Under the pieces are notes generated by a model that saw nothing but the letters and a program-made list of their open reading frames with translations, did not search any database and had not been told where the DNA came from. A stretch of DNA of 34,019 nucleotides from positions 1-34,019 of the forward strand of contig CAYTFT010000001.1 in the NCBI GenBank assembly GCA_964437155.1, written 5' to 3'. Each line of letters opens with the position of its first letter. Within the stretch, counting starts at the first letter, position 1. The DNA comes from an uncultured Chitinophagales bacterium. GTDB lineage: Bacteria; Bacteroidota; Bacteroidia; Chitinophagales; BACL12. This document shows positions 1-8,896 of the stretch, piece after piece. The position numbers were made by a program, and so were the translations under genes.

Positions 1-474
1 GTTTTGCAAACGGAGGATGGCGGTTATATTTTCGGTGGTTCAGCAATCAGTTTTGCAGATAACGACGGAACTGAATATAGTCAGAATTTCTGGATATTTA
101 AGACAGATATTGCCGGTTGTATCGAACCGGGATGCGATTCGCTTGATTATTTGCTGGACCCGCCTGATCCAACACTTTCAGATCCGATTTCCGATGCAAT
201 CGGTATTTTTCCGAATCCGGCGCAAAACGAAGCAGTTATAACAATCAATACAAATTTGATCGATGTCAGCAATGTCGATTACATGGAAATTAGTTGTTTT
301 GATATCACAGGAAGACAGATAATGGAAAATTCGATTGATAAATTTCACTGGTTCCGTAACGGCGATGCTATTGAAGTGACTTTTTATTGCGGCAGCATCT
401 CCCGTGGTATGTATATGATCAATGTTTCTTCAGGTCAGGATATTATCGGAGTTCTGAAATTTGTTGTAATTTGA
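1..474 (+). CDS. T9SS type-A C-terminal sorting domain protein, 5'-truncated by the window edge
   Basis: Frame 1 is open from base 1 to TGA at 472-474. The C-terminal ~90 aa (IFPNPAQNEAVITINTN ... GMYMINVSSGQDIIGVLKFVVI) match the Por_Secre_tail pattern of T9SS cargo. The ORF-track TTG at 4 is probably internal. Confidence 0.8.
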   Translation, partial: VLQTEDGGYIFGGSAISFADNDGTEYSQNFWIFKTDIAGCIEPGCDSLDYLLDPPDPTLSDPISDAIGIFPNPAQNEAVITINTNLIDVSNVDYMEISCFDITGRQIMENSIDKFHWFRNGDAIEVTFYCGSISRGMYMINVSSGQDIIGVLKFVVI

Positions 475-738
475 TGGACCCCATGAGCGTTCAAATTTGT
501 AAATGCCTGTATTTATTAAACCGCCATAATCTGCAATTACATCCCGCCGACTGATGCAATTCTGTGATTTCTATGGTTACCATTAATTAGTTTATCTGCA
601 GGGGAAACAATGCGCCCGAAAAATGAATTTTGTTAAGTATGCACTCTATAAATTCTTCCGGATTTCGTTGTTTGAAAAGGCGTCAAGCATCCACCGGAAA
701 TTGTTGACGGGTTGGGTGAATGTGTTGCATGTATCGAA

Positions 739-746
739 TATTTTTG
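739..746 (+). promoter_or_regulatory. Candidate Bacteroidota -7 box (TATTTTTG) upstream of the DUF1905 gene
   Basis: Exact TAnnTTTG match 50 nt upstream of the ATG at 796. The nearest upstream TTG (712-714) is 24 nt away, longer than the usual spacing, so support is weak. Confidence 0.3.
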
Positions 747-795
747 CATATTGAATCCTGACCGGACTATTTTCTTATTGAAAATTATTTGATTT

Positions 796-1101
796 ATGCA
801 GCTGACCGGCAAATTAAAATATTCATTCTCTGCATTACCCTGGCAGCATGCCTCACCGGGTGGCTGGTGGTTTGTTTCTCTTCCGGCAGAAATGTCAAAG
901 GAAATCCGGGATACTCTGGGGTCGGAAGAAGAAGGCTGGGGAAGATTAAAAACAACAGCGAAAATGGGCAATACTGAATGGAAGACCGCCATCTGGTTTG
1001 ATACAAAAATGAATACCTATTTATTGCCGTTGAAAGCGGCAATCAGGAAGAAGGAGTCTGTTTTAACAGATACCATCCTGGAAATAGTGCTTTGGATTTA
1101 G
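796..1101 (+). CDS. DUF1905 domain protein
   Basis: 101-aa ORF. The pattern KYSFSALPWQH..GGWWFVSLPAEMSKEIR ... TEWKTAIW resembles the DUF1905 family signature (recognised by eye). Confidence 0.7.
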   Translation: MQLTGKLKYSFSALPWQHASPGGWWFVSLPAEMSKEIRDTLGSEEEGWGRLKTTAKMGNTEWKTAIWFDTKMNTYLLPLKAAIRKKESVLTDTILEIVLWI

Positions 1102-1386
1102 GGTATATACCTTGTGTATGATTGTGGATATCCTTTTATATATACTTTAGTAATTGTAGTAGATTAGCAATCGATCGTTGTTCTTTCATAACCGGAATTT
1201 TTCCCGCCTCCTCGATCCGGATAATTTGTATTAAACCAGACATTCACCTGCAACAAATAAATATCCATTGCCCGAATAAATAAACACAATTATTAACCTG
1301 TAAAATAAAAATGGAGACCAGCAACCATATAAAAAACGGGGCGTATCCGAAAAGCCTTATGAGTAGGAAACTTAAATCAAAAACAT

Positions 1387-2064
1387 ATGAAAAAAAATCT
1401 AGCTGAATTCTTTGGAACCTTTTGGCTGGTTCTGGGCGGTTGCGGGAGTGCAGTTTTGGCTGCCGGATTTCCGGAAGTCGGAATCGGACTCGCAGGCGTT
1501 TCTCTCGCATTTGGTTTGACAGTTTTAACAATAGCGTATTCTCTCGGGCATATTTCCGGTGCGCACTTAAATCCTGCTGTAACTATCGGATTATGGATGG
1601 GTGGAAGGATAACGTCGAAAGAAGTGCTTCCCTATATTATCTCGCAGGTGCTGGGCGGAATTGCCGGAGCAGGTGTGCTTTATATTATTGTAACCGGAAA
1701 CGGTAGTGAAATCGGTTCATTCGCTGCGAATGGATACGGTGAGCATTCTCCGGGCGGGTATAATATGAACGCTGCTATTGTCACCGAATTAGTAATGACA
1801 TTTATGTTTTTGCTGATCATTTTAGGTGCAACCGACGATCGGGCACCGAAAGGTTTTGCAGGATTGGCTATTGGTCTGGCTTTGACACTCATTCATCTGG
1901 TCAGTATTCCGGTTACAAATACCTCCGTTAATCCTGCCAGAAGTATCAGTCAGGCAATCTTTGTCGGTGACTGGGCTTTATCGCAACTATGGCTGTTTAT
2001 TCTGATTCCAATAGCCGGTGCAGCAATAGCCGGTTGGGTTTATAAATATTTTAAAACGGCATAA
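1387..2064 (+). CDS. aqpZ: Aquaporin Z (MIP family water channel)
   Basis: Both NPA boxes are present ([10 protein letters not shown] and NTSVNPARS). It has an AqpZ-like N-terminus ([18 protein letters not shown]), six hydrophobic segments and 225 aa. Confidence 0.95.
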   Translation: MKKNLAEFFGTFWLVLGGCGSAVLAAGFPEVGIGLAGVSLAFGLTVLTIAYSLGHISGAHLNPAVTIGLWMGGRITSKEVLPYIISQVLGGIAGAGVLYIIVTGNGSEIGSFAANGYGEHSPGGYNMNAAIVTELVMTFMFLLIILGATDDRAPKGFAGLAIGLALTLIHLVSIPVTNTSVNPARSISQAIFVGDWALSQLWLFILIPIAGAAIAGWVYKYFKTA

Positions 2065-2088
2065 GACATTTAAAAATTATTTATTAGA

Positions 2089-2143
2089 GTTGACCGGGTT
2101 ATATTTTAGAATGAATATAATACCGGTCAACTTTAATAATTTT
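2089..2143 (+). terminator. Intrinsic terminator after aqpZ
   Basis: Long imperfect hairpin GTTGACCGG-GTTATATT / AATATAA-TA-CCGGTCAAC (2089-2131), followed by TTTAATAATTTT. Confidence 0.6.
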
Positions 2144-2216
2144 AGACCGCTATTTAGTGCGATTTTTTCTGCTAATCATTTGAAACACTGAGGTTTTTAA
2201 TTTATAATCATTCCGT

Positions 2217-2606
2217 ATGTCATTGACCAAATTTCAAAAGTTGATGCTGCTTAATGCACAACCGGTTAAATTTTGGTTGAATAACGTTGGTGGCGGAATT
2301 GCGCTTTTCTTTTTGTGGAACCATGCAATAATGCATGCATTAATTTTTGGTGGTGGAATTATTCTTTTTGGGACGGTTCTTTCTGCCAAAATTTCAAAAA
2401 CCCCGCCTGAGGAACTTGCGAAAACTAATATAGGAAGCATTTTCCTGCGCTATTCCACAAAATTCGGATTTACCTGTTACTTGATCAGCCATACTTTAAT
2501 TCCTCTTTCCATCTGGATGCATAATTTCATTTTAACAGCGGCGGGATTATTGGCTTTAATAATTGGCGCGGTCAAAATAAATAAGCAGCATATTGCAAAA
2601 CAATAA
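2217..2606 (+). CDS. Hypothetical small membrane protein (about four hydrophobic segments)
   Basis: 129-aa ORF with clear hydrophobic stretches (GGGIALFFLWNHAIMHALIFGGGIILFGTVL; FILTAAGLLALIIGAV). No family recognised. Confidence 0.5.
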   Translation: MSLTKFQKLMLLNAQPVKFWLNNVGGGIALFFLWNHAIMHALIFGGGIILFGTVLSAKISKTPPEELAKTNIGSIFLRYSTKFGFTCYLISHTLIPLSIWMHNFILTAAGLLALIIGAVKINKQHIAKQ

Positions 2607-2715
2607 TACACAGGGAGTTGGAATCAGACCCGCATACAGGATTCAATTATACTGCAGGAAATAAAGAAATTCCGCTTCAGAAAAATAGTTACAACAACCA
2701 TTAAATCTCTTTCCT

Positions 2716-3522
2716 ATGCCGGAAAATGTAACAGACAATGTGACCTTTCAAAGCGGATATGCTGATGTCAACGGCTTGAAAATGTATTACGAAATACATG
2801 GTGAGGGAATGCCTCTCGTTCTGATTCATGGTGGCGGATCTACCATTCAGTCTAATTTTGGGAAAGTAATTCCATTACTCGCCGGAACCAGGAAAGTAAT
2901 TGCTGTAGAATTACAGGCGCATGGGCATACAGGCGACAGAGATACAGAACTTTCTTTTGAACAGGATGCGGATGATGTTGCCGCTTTGCTCGCCTGGCTC
3001 AAAATAGAAAAGACTGATATTTTCGGATTCAGCAACGGTGGAACAACAGCCTTGCAGATCGCCATGCGTCATCCTGCAATCGTGAACAAATTGATCGTTG
3101 GTTCTGCACTCACTAAAAGGACGGGTGTCCCTGACTGGTTCTGGGGATTTATGGAAAATGCAAGCCTGGAAAATATGCCTGAGCAGTTAAAAGATGCTTA
3201 TCTTAAAATTAATCCGGATCCAAAGGGTTTGCAGATCATGCACGACAGGGATGCCACAAGAATGGTGCATTTCAGGGATATTCCCGATGCAGAAATTACA
3301 TCCATAAAGTCTCCGGTATTCATTATCATAGGAGACAAGGATGTGATCACGCCCGAACATGCGCTGGAATTACACAAACTGATTCCGAAATCTGATTTGG
3401 CAATAATTCCCGGAGGTCATGGCACGTATATCGGAGAAATAACAACGCTGCCTGCTGATTTTAAAGAATCAGATCTTGTTATTCCTATAATAGAAAAATT
3501 TCTTGACAGGAGAGAAGATTAA
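2716..3522 (+). CDS. Alpha/beta hydrolase fold protein
   Basis: LVLIHGGGS oxyanion region, GFSNGG nucleophile elbow (GxSxG) and a C-terminal PGGHGTY histidine region. Confidence 0.85.
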   Translation: MPENVTDNVTFQSGYADVNGLKMYYEIHGEGMPLVLIHGGGSTIQSNFGKVIPLLAGTRKVIAVELQAHGHTGDRDTELSFEQDADDVAALLAWLKIEKTDIFGFSNGGTTALQIAMRHPAIVNKLIVGSALTKRTGVPDWFWGFMENASLENMPEQLKDAYLKINPDPKGLQIMHDRDATRMVHFRDIPDAEITSIKSPVFIIIGDKDVITPEHALELHKLIPKSDLAIIPGGHGTYIGEITTLPADFKESDLVIPIIEKFLDRRED

Positions 3523-3543
3523 AAATTCCGGTGCCTAAGGATT

Positions 3544-4815
3544 CTATTTCTCCACCCCGTATTTGATCGTGTATTTTTTGTAGAGATCGGTCTGCCAGTT
3601 TTCCGGACTTATGCGTTCGCCGTTGATGAAAATATATTTTACTACACTTGAACGCATATCGAGTGCATCGCCTTCGCTGATGAACAGTGTAGCGCTTTTC
3701 CCTGTTTCCAGCGTTCCGTAATTTTTATCGATCCCAAGAATTTTTGCATTATTCGATGTGATGAGCGCAAGTGCCTGTTCTTTGGTAAGTCCGTATGCAG
3801 CAGCAGTTCCGGCTTCAAACGGAAGATTGCGCACATTCCAGTAACCTGAACCACGGTTGCTGATGGTAAGTCCGCATAAAATACCTGCATTGGTTAAAAT
3901 ACCCGGCAGGCGATACGGCAGGTCAACGGCGTCTCCCTCGAATGCCGGTAATTCATGCACAGATTCGATCACAACAGGAATATTGTTTTCCTTTAATAAT
4001 GGCAATACACGATAACTTTGTCGACCACCAACAATTACGATCTTTACCCCGTTCGCCTTTGCGAAATTGACTGCGCCGATTATTTCCTTTGCATGATTTG
4101 CGGTAATAAATAATTGTTGCTCGCCGCTGCAGACTTTTTGCATTGCCTCGAAGCGCAGATTTTTTTCTGCATGTTCCGCAACAGCGCAATACGCTTTTGC
4201 CTCTTTATAAAAACCGGTAATATCATTTACCTGTTTATCGTAATCGGGATTTGCAGAAAATATATTCTGGTCGTAATTATAACTATATGCCGACGGCCAG
4301 TGCATATGCATTGTATTATCCGTTTCAACCACTGCATCCTCCCAGTTCCATCCTGCCATTTTCATTACACTGCTTTGCCCCTGAATGATCCCCGCATCGG
4401 GAACAACCTGCGCGAGTAAAATACCATTGGTACGCAGGGTTGGGATCACCTTTGAATCGGTATTGTAGGCAATGAGCGAACGTACATTCGGGTTGTAACT
4501 GCCAATTTCATTTGCATCTCTTGTGGCGCGCGCGGCTTCAATTTCCAATAGTCCCACCTCTGTATTCATGGCAATAAATCCGGGATACACCTGTTTGCCT
4601 GTGGCGTCTATGGAAGAAACATCATTCAGATTGAAGTCGGTTTCTTTTTTTGCACCGATATATTCTATTTTCCCATAGCGCATGATGATCATTCCATTTT
4701 CAATAATAGAGCCGGTGCCGGTATGGATCTGCGCATTATAAATCACAACAGGTATTTGCTGGGCCTGAGCAATTGCTGTTATGAGTACCAGAAACAGTAA
4801 TAATCCTGATCGCAT
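3544..4815 (-). CDS. Secreted amidohydrolase-fold protein lacking the canonical strand-1 HxH
   Basis: Signal peptide MRSGLLLFLVLITAIAQAQQ. It has amidohydrolase-type N- and C-terminal sandwich motifs (IDATGKQVYPGFIAMNTEVG; GTLETGKSATLFISEGD). At the position where the family has HxH it reads AMNTE. Confidence 0.85.
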   Translation of the reverse strand: MRSGLLLFLVLITAIAQAQQIPVVIYNAQIHTGTGSIIENGMIIMRYGKIEYIGAKKETDFNLNDVSSIDATGKQVYPGFIAMNTEVGLLEIEAARATRDANEIGSYNPNVRSLIAYNTDSKVIPTLRTNGILLAQVVPDAGIIQGQSSVMKMAGWNWEDAVVETDNTMHMHWPSAYSYNYDQNIFSANPDYDKQVNDITGFYKEAKAYCAVAEHAEKNLRFEAMQKVCSGEQQLFITANHAKEIIGAVNFAKANGVKIVIVGGRQSYRVLPLLKENNIPVVIESVHELPAFEGDAVDLPYRLPGILTNAGILCGLTISNRGSGYWNVRNLPFEAGTAAAYGLTKEQALALITSNNAKILGIDKNYGTLETGKSATLFISEGDALDMRSSVVKYIFINGERISPENWQTDLYKKYTIKYGVEK

Positions 4816-4858
4816 TGTATTTCTTTTATTTTTTATTCGACTGAATTTTAAAGTATTT

Positions 4859-7816
4859 TTATTTCACATAATCCTCAACATCCTCACAATCATATAATTT
4901 TTCACCCTTCACTATTACCGGGACTGTCGGACCGCCGGCATTTTTTTCAGCGATCATTTTGCTGATGATGCGTGCACGTTCTTTAGCCATTGCATCAATC
5001 ATTTCCGTTTCCTGAACGCGGTCGTAATAAATGATTCCATCCACCATTGTTTTTTCGGCAACGGCATAAATGCTCAGCGGGTCGTCGCTCCATAAAACAA
5101 TATCTGCATCCTTGCCTTCCTTAATGCTGCCGACGCGGTCGTCAACATGTAACAATTTAGCCGGATTGAGTGTGCACATTTTCAGGGCATCTTCCTCGCT
5201 CATACCGGTATATTTAATGGATTTGGCAGCTTCCTGATTCAGTCGTCTGGCCATTTCAGCATCATCAGAATTCACGGCAGTAATAACGCCTTCTTTATTC
5301 ATGATACCGGCATTTTGCGGAATGGCTTCATATACTTCGTATTTATATGCCCACCAGTCGGAAAAAGTAGAACCACCGGCGCCATGCATTTTCATTTTAT
5401 CGGCAACTTTATATCCTTCTAAAATATGGGTAAATGTATTTACCTTAAAATGATGTTCCTCCGCAACTTTCATCAGCATATTGATCTCACTTTGCACGTA
5501 ACTATGGCAGGTAATAAATCTTTTCTTTTGCAATATCTCTGCGATCGCATCGAGCTCAAGATCTTTGCGAACTAAAATATCCGGATTATTTTCTGCAGCG
5601 ATGTATTCTTCGGCCCGGGTGAAAATATCTTCATATACCTGTTCCACTCCCATTCTTGTTTGTGGAAACCGCACCGTATTCAGATCACCCCAATTTGATT
5701 GCTTTACATTTTCTCCCAATGCGAATTTGATAAACCCATCCGCATTCTGAAATTTCATTGCCTCCGGCGCTGCACCCCATCGCAATTTAATGAGTTGTGT
5801 TTGTCCGCCAACCGGATTTGCTGAGCCGTGTAACAAATGCGAACTCGTTACACCACCGCTTAACTGACGGTAAATATTCACATCATCGCAATTCACCACA
5901 TCACCAATCCGCACTTCAGCGCTGCTTGCCTGTGTTCCTTCATTTACTCCGTCTGAAATGGCAATATGCGAATGTTCATCAATGATACCTGCAGTTACAT
6001 GTTTACCGGTTCCGTCGATGTGCAATGCGTTTTTAGCCGCAATATTTTTTCCCACCTTCAGAATTTTCCCGTTGGAAATTAAAATATCCGTATTCTGCAA
6101 AACACCCTCTTTTTCATTGGTCCAGATGGTGGCATTCGAGATCAGAATGTCTTTCTGTTTGGGCTGACTTTCCCAGCCGAATGCGGTGAATGGATAAATG
6201 ACTTTTCCGATCTGCAAGCTGTCTTTTTTCACCGGCTTTTGTTTTTCGGCGTATACATTTGTGAATTCCGCCTTCCAGCTGATCCATGCATCATTGATCT
6301 GACCGTTTCCTTCAAAATTTTTATCCTTTGTCCATCCGCTCAGTCTGATCAGATCTGCGCCATCGTAAAACTGGAGCGAAATATTTTCATCGGATAATTT
6401 ACCATTCGCTTTTAGGGTATCCGTATTTTTAATGACAGCGAATTCCGGCATATCGCGTTTGCCTTTTATCAGCAAACCATATACACGATTACCGGTAGTT
6501 AATTTATAAATACCGCGTGTATCATTTTGCAGGGAAGGATGAATAATATATTGTTTACCATTTATCCAGTTCTGGTAAATAATTGCGTCCTCCGCAAAAA
6601 TATCTCCCGAAGTAATAATAAAATTCGCCCTTTTACCTTTGTGCAGAGAACCGGTTTCGTTAATTGTTTTAGTGAGAGAAGCCGGAACAACGGTCAATGC
6701 GGAAAGCGCGGTTTGTTCTGATAATCCGTATGCAATCGCCTTGCGCACATTTTTCAGTAGGTCCGATTTATTCTCAAGTCCGGAGGAAGTAATACAAAAT
6801 TGCACACCCGCTTTTTCGAGATATGCGCAATTCGCCGGCGCCATTTCCCAGTGCTTGAGGTCGCCGAGTGAAAGCAGCTCCGCATCGTACGGGTCGGATA
6901 CATCCGGTGTTTTCGGATAATTGACAGGAATAATGAGTGCTGCATTTGTGGATTTAATTTCATTTACACGCTGATATTCATCGCCATTTCCCTTTATAAT
7001 AAACTGAAAATTAAATTCATCACCTATTTTATCTGCACGCAATATTTCAAGTTTATTTCTTACATCGATGATTTGCAGCAGTGTTTTATTCTGATTATAT
7101 GCTTCGAGTGAAATATTTTTTTCTTCCTTATTTCCACCTTTTGCATACCAGTCGGCGTCGTATAATGTTTGCCGGATAAGTGCAATACTTCCCATTTCAG
7201 AAGAGGGATAATCCTGCGTGGAACTGCCTTTCTGAAAAGAGAAATGATCACTCACTTTCCCGTTGACCACCATGTTGCTTACAGGCTCATCACCCAGCAG
7301 AACCAAAGCGCCGGTGCCACGCATAATGCCATCATGCCGGTGGGTGAGCACCATACCGAAACCCGCATTGCGCCAGGTTTTATTTTTTGCGGTGTCAACA
7401 CTGAAATTTTCTATCGCATTAAATTCCGGCGTAACCGCCTGATTCCAGTTCAATGGCATTTTAAAATTATTTACCATTTGCGGTCCCGGTTGCACAGGCG
7501 GATTTATTTTTGCGGGAATTCCGAAATCGGCATCCAGATCGATAAAGGAAGGATAAATGAATTTCCCCTTTGCATCTATAATCACGGCATCTGCCGGAAT
7601 GTTGACCTGCGCGCCAACATCCATTATCTTCCCATCGCTGATCAGAAGTGTTCCGTCCTGAATTGTAACCGTCGGGTCCACAACGATCGTGGCATGCGTA
7701 AATGCATACGTTTTGTTGCGTTCATCGAAAACACCGTTGACGGGGAATGTCGACTGACAATATCCGATACGGGTTGCCAGTAATAGAAAAATGGACAAAT
7801 GAATATTCCTGAACAT
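4859..7816 (-). CDS. Secreted two-module amidohydrolase family protein
   Basis: Signal peptide MFRNIHLSIFLLLATRIGYCQS. The N-terminal half is paralogous to the 423-aa neighbour (IDAKGKFIYPSFIDLDADFG). The C-terminal half carries the canonical motifs IDGTGKHVTAGIIDEHSHIA, LLHGSANP, ITCHSY, FTHILEG and VNSDDAE. Confidence 0.9.
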   Translation of the reverse strand: MFRNIHLSIFLLLATRIGYCQSTFPVNGVFDERNKTYAFTHATIVVDPTVTIQDGTLLISDGKIMDVGAQVNIPADAVIIDAKGKFIYPSFIDLDADFGIPAKINPPVQPGPQMVNNFKMPLNWNQAVTPEFNAIENFSVDTAKNKTWRNAGFGMVLTHRHDGIMRGTGALVLLGDEPVSNMVVNGKVSDHFSFQKGSSTQDYPSSEMGSIALIRQTLYDADWYAKGGNKEEKNISLEAYNQNKTLLQIIDVRNKLEILRADKIGDEFNFQFIIKGNGDEYQRVNEIKSTNAALIIPVNYPKTPDVSDPYDAELLSLGDLKHWEMAPANCAYLEKAGVQFCITSSGLENKSDLLKNVRKAIAYGLSEQTALSALTVVPASLTKTINETGSLHKGKRANFIITSGDIFAEDAIIYQNWINGKQYIIHPSLQNDTRGIYKLTTGNRVYGLLIKGKRDMPEFAVIKNTDTLKANGKLSDENISLQFYDGADLIRLSGWTKDKNFEGNGQINDAWISWKAEFTNVYAEKQKPVKKDSLQIGKVIYPFTAFGWESQPKQKDILISNATIWTNEKEGVLQNTDILISNGKILKVGKNIAAKNALHIDGTGKHVTAGIIDEHSHIAISDGVNEGTQASSAEVRIGDVVNCDDVNIYRQLSGGVTSSHLLHGSANPVGGQTQLIKLRWGAAPEAMKFQNADGFIKFALGENVKQSNWGDLNTVRFPQTRMGVEQVYEDIFTRAEEYIAAENNPDILVRKDLELDAIAEILQKKRFITCHSYVQSEINMLMKVAEEHHFKVNTFTHILEGYKVADKMKMHGAGGSTFSDWWAYKYEVYEAIPQNAGIMNKEGVITAVNSDDAEMARRLNQEAAKSIKYTGMSEEDALKMCTLNPAKLLHVDDRVGSIKEGKDADIVLWSDDPLSIYAVAEKTMVDGIIYYDRVQETEMIDAMAKERARIISKMIAEKNAGGPTVPVIVKGEKLYDCEDVEDYVK

Positions 7817-7824
7817 AAGATGGA

Positions 7825-7854
7825 TTGAACGTTATTTCGTCTTGATTAACTTTG
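7825..7854 (+). promoter_or_regulatory. Bacteroidota-type promoter (TTG ... TAACTTTG) for the 7888 hydrolase gene
   Basis: TTG at 7825-7827, a 19-nt spacer, then an exact TAnnTTTG at 7847-7854, 34 nt upstream of the ATG. Confidence 0.5.
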
Positions 7855-7887
7855 GCAACGCTAAAATAAAGAGAAGGCTTGTTATAA

Positions 7888-8679
7888 ATGGTTAATTTAT
7901 CTTACAGAAAGGAGAATTCCGCAGGCCCCGCAGTTATGCTCGTGCATGGATATGGTGTTTTTTCGGGCATCTGGGATTTGCTGTTACCGCATCTTAGAAC
8001 CGATCATCAGTATCTGATTCCGGAATTACCCGGTGCACCCGGACAAGCCTGTGATGCTGAAATTTCAATGGATTTTTATGCGGAATATCTGCATCGTATT
8101 CTCGAAAAGGAGAAGTTTAAGGAGGTAATAATGATCGGACATTCTATGGGCGGATATATTTCGCTTGCATTTGCAGATCGCTTTCCTCAAAAATTAAAGG
8201 CGATCGGATTATTTCACTCTCATCCGTTTGCAGATACCGAACCCGTCGTTCTGAAAAGAAAAAAGACCATTTCATTTATTCAGACGAATGGCGCAATTCC
8301 ATACCTGAAAGAATTTTTTCCAGCATTGTTCGCAGATACATTTCCTGAACGAAATAAACAGTTAATTGAAAATAGCTGGCCGCATATTCAGCAAACCCGT
8401 GCCGAATGTCTGATACAATCGTTGCAGGCGATGATCGCAAGAAACGACATGCAAAAGGTACTTTCCGGCGGTTCTTTTCCATTATTGCAGATATTGGGAA
8501 AATATGATCAGGTTATTCCCCTGCAATCAGGATTAAAATCTGCTGCACTTGCTTCCATATCTATGATCGAAATATTGCAAAATTCCGCACATATGGGTAT
8601 GATGGAAGAGCCGGAACAAAGTGTGGAGATAATAAATAAATTCCTCACATTTATTAATGACCGGACCGCGGTTACCTAA
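7888..8679 (+). CDS. Alpha/beta hydrolase fold protein
   Basis: VMLVHGYG, GHSMGG nucleophile elbow and a C-terminal NSAHMGMMEEP histidine motif. Confidence 0.85.
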   Translation: MVNLSYRKENSAGPAVMLVHGYGVFSGIWDLLLPHLRTDHQYLIPELPGAPGQACDAEISMDFYAEYLHRILEKEKFKEVIMIGHSMGGYISLAFADRFPQKLKAIGLFHSHPFADTEPVVLKRKKTISFIQTNGAIPYLKEFFPALFADTFPERNKQLIENSWPHIQQTRAECLIQSLQAMIARNDMQKVLSGGSFPLLQILGKYDQVIPLQSGLKSAALASISMIEILQNSAHMGMMEEPEQSVEIINKFLTFINDRTAVT

Positions 8680-8819
8680 AATTAATTTGTAATGTAGTTG
8701 GCGCCCCGCCATTCCTCCGGGTCATAAATTTCAAATCAAAAAATGGCAGAATGTGCGATCCTGCCGGATTGGCGAGGGTGCCATCCCCGGATATTTTTTT
8801 CCTTCCGATCCCTGTAAAC

Positions 8820-8844
8820 CTTGAAATTGTTTTACAATTTCAGG
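8820..8844. promoter_or_regulatory. Perfect 9-3-9 inverted repeat upstream of the tandem type-B cargo genes
   Basis: TGAAATTGT-TTT-ACAATTTCA (8822-8842), extendable by flanking C-G and T-G pairs. It lies 55 nt upstream of the ATG at 8897. Confidence 0.3.
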
Positions 8845-8896
8845 ACAACACTTAACATTTAATCCTGTTTTGCTTTTGTAACTTTAACATCCCGTT

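Noticed and set aside
7169-7783. Long antisense ORFs inside well-supported genes: 7169-7783 (+, 204 aa), 10730-11194 (-, 154 aa), 13075-13419 (-, 114 aa), 23461-23931 (-, 156 aa opposite rpsI) and 633-992 (-, 119 aa).
   Set aside because: Each lies fully or largely opposite a CDS with strong family motifs. Their translations are low-complexity or Cys/Arg/His-rich with no recognisable motifs, as expected for shadow ORFs.
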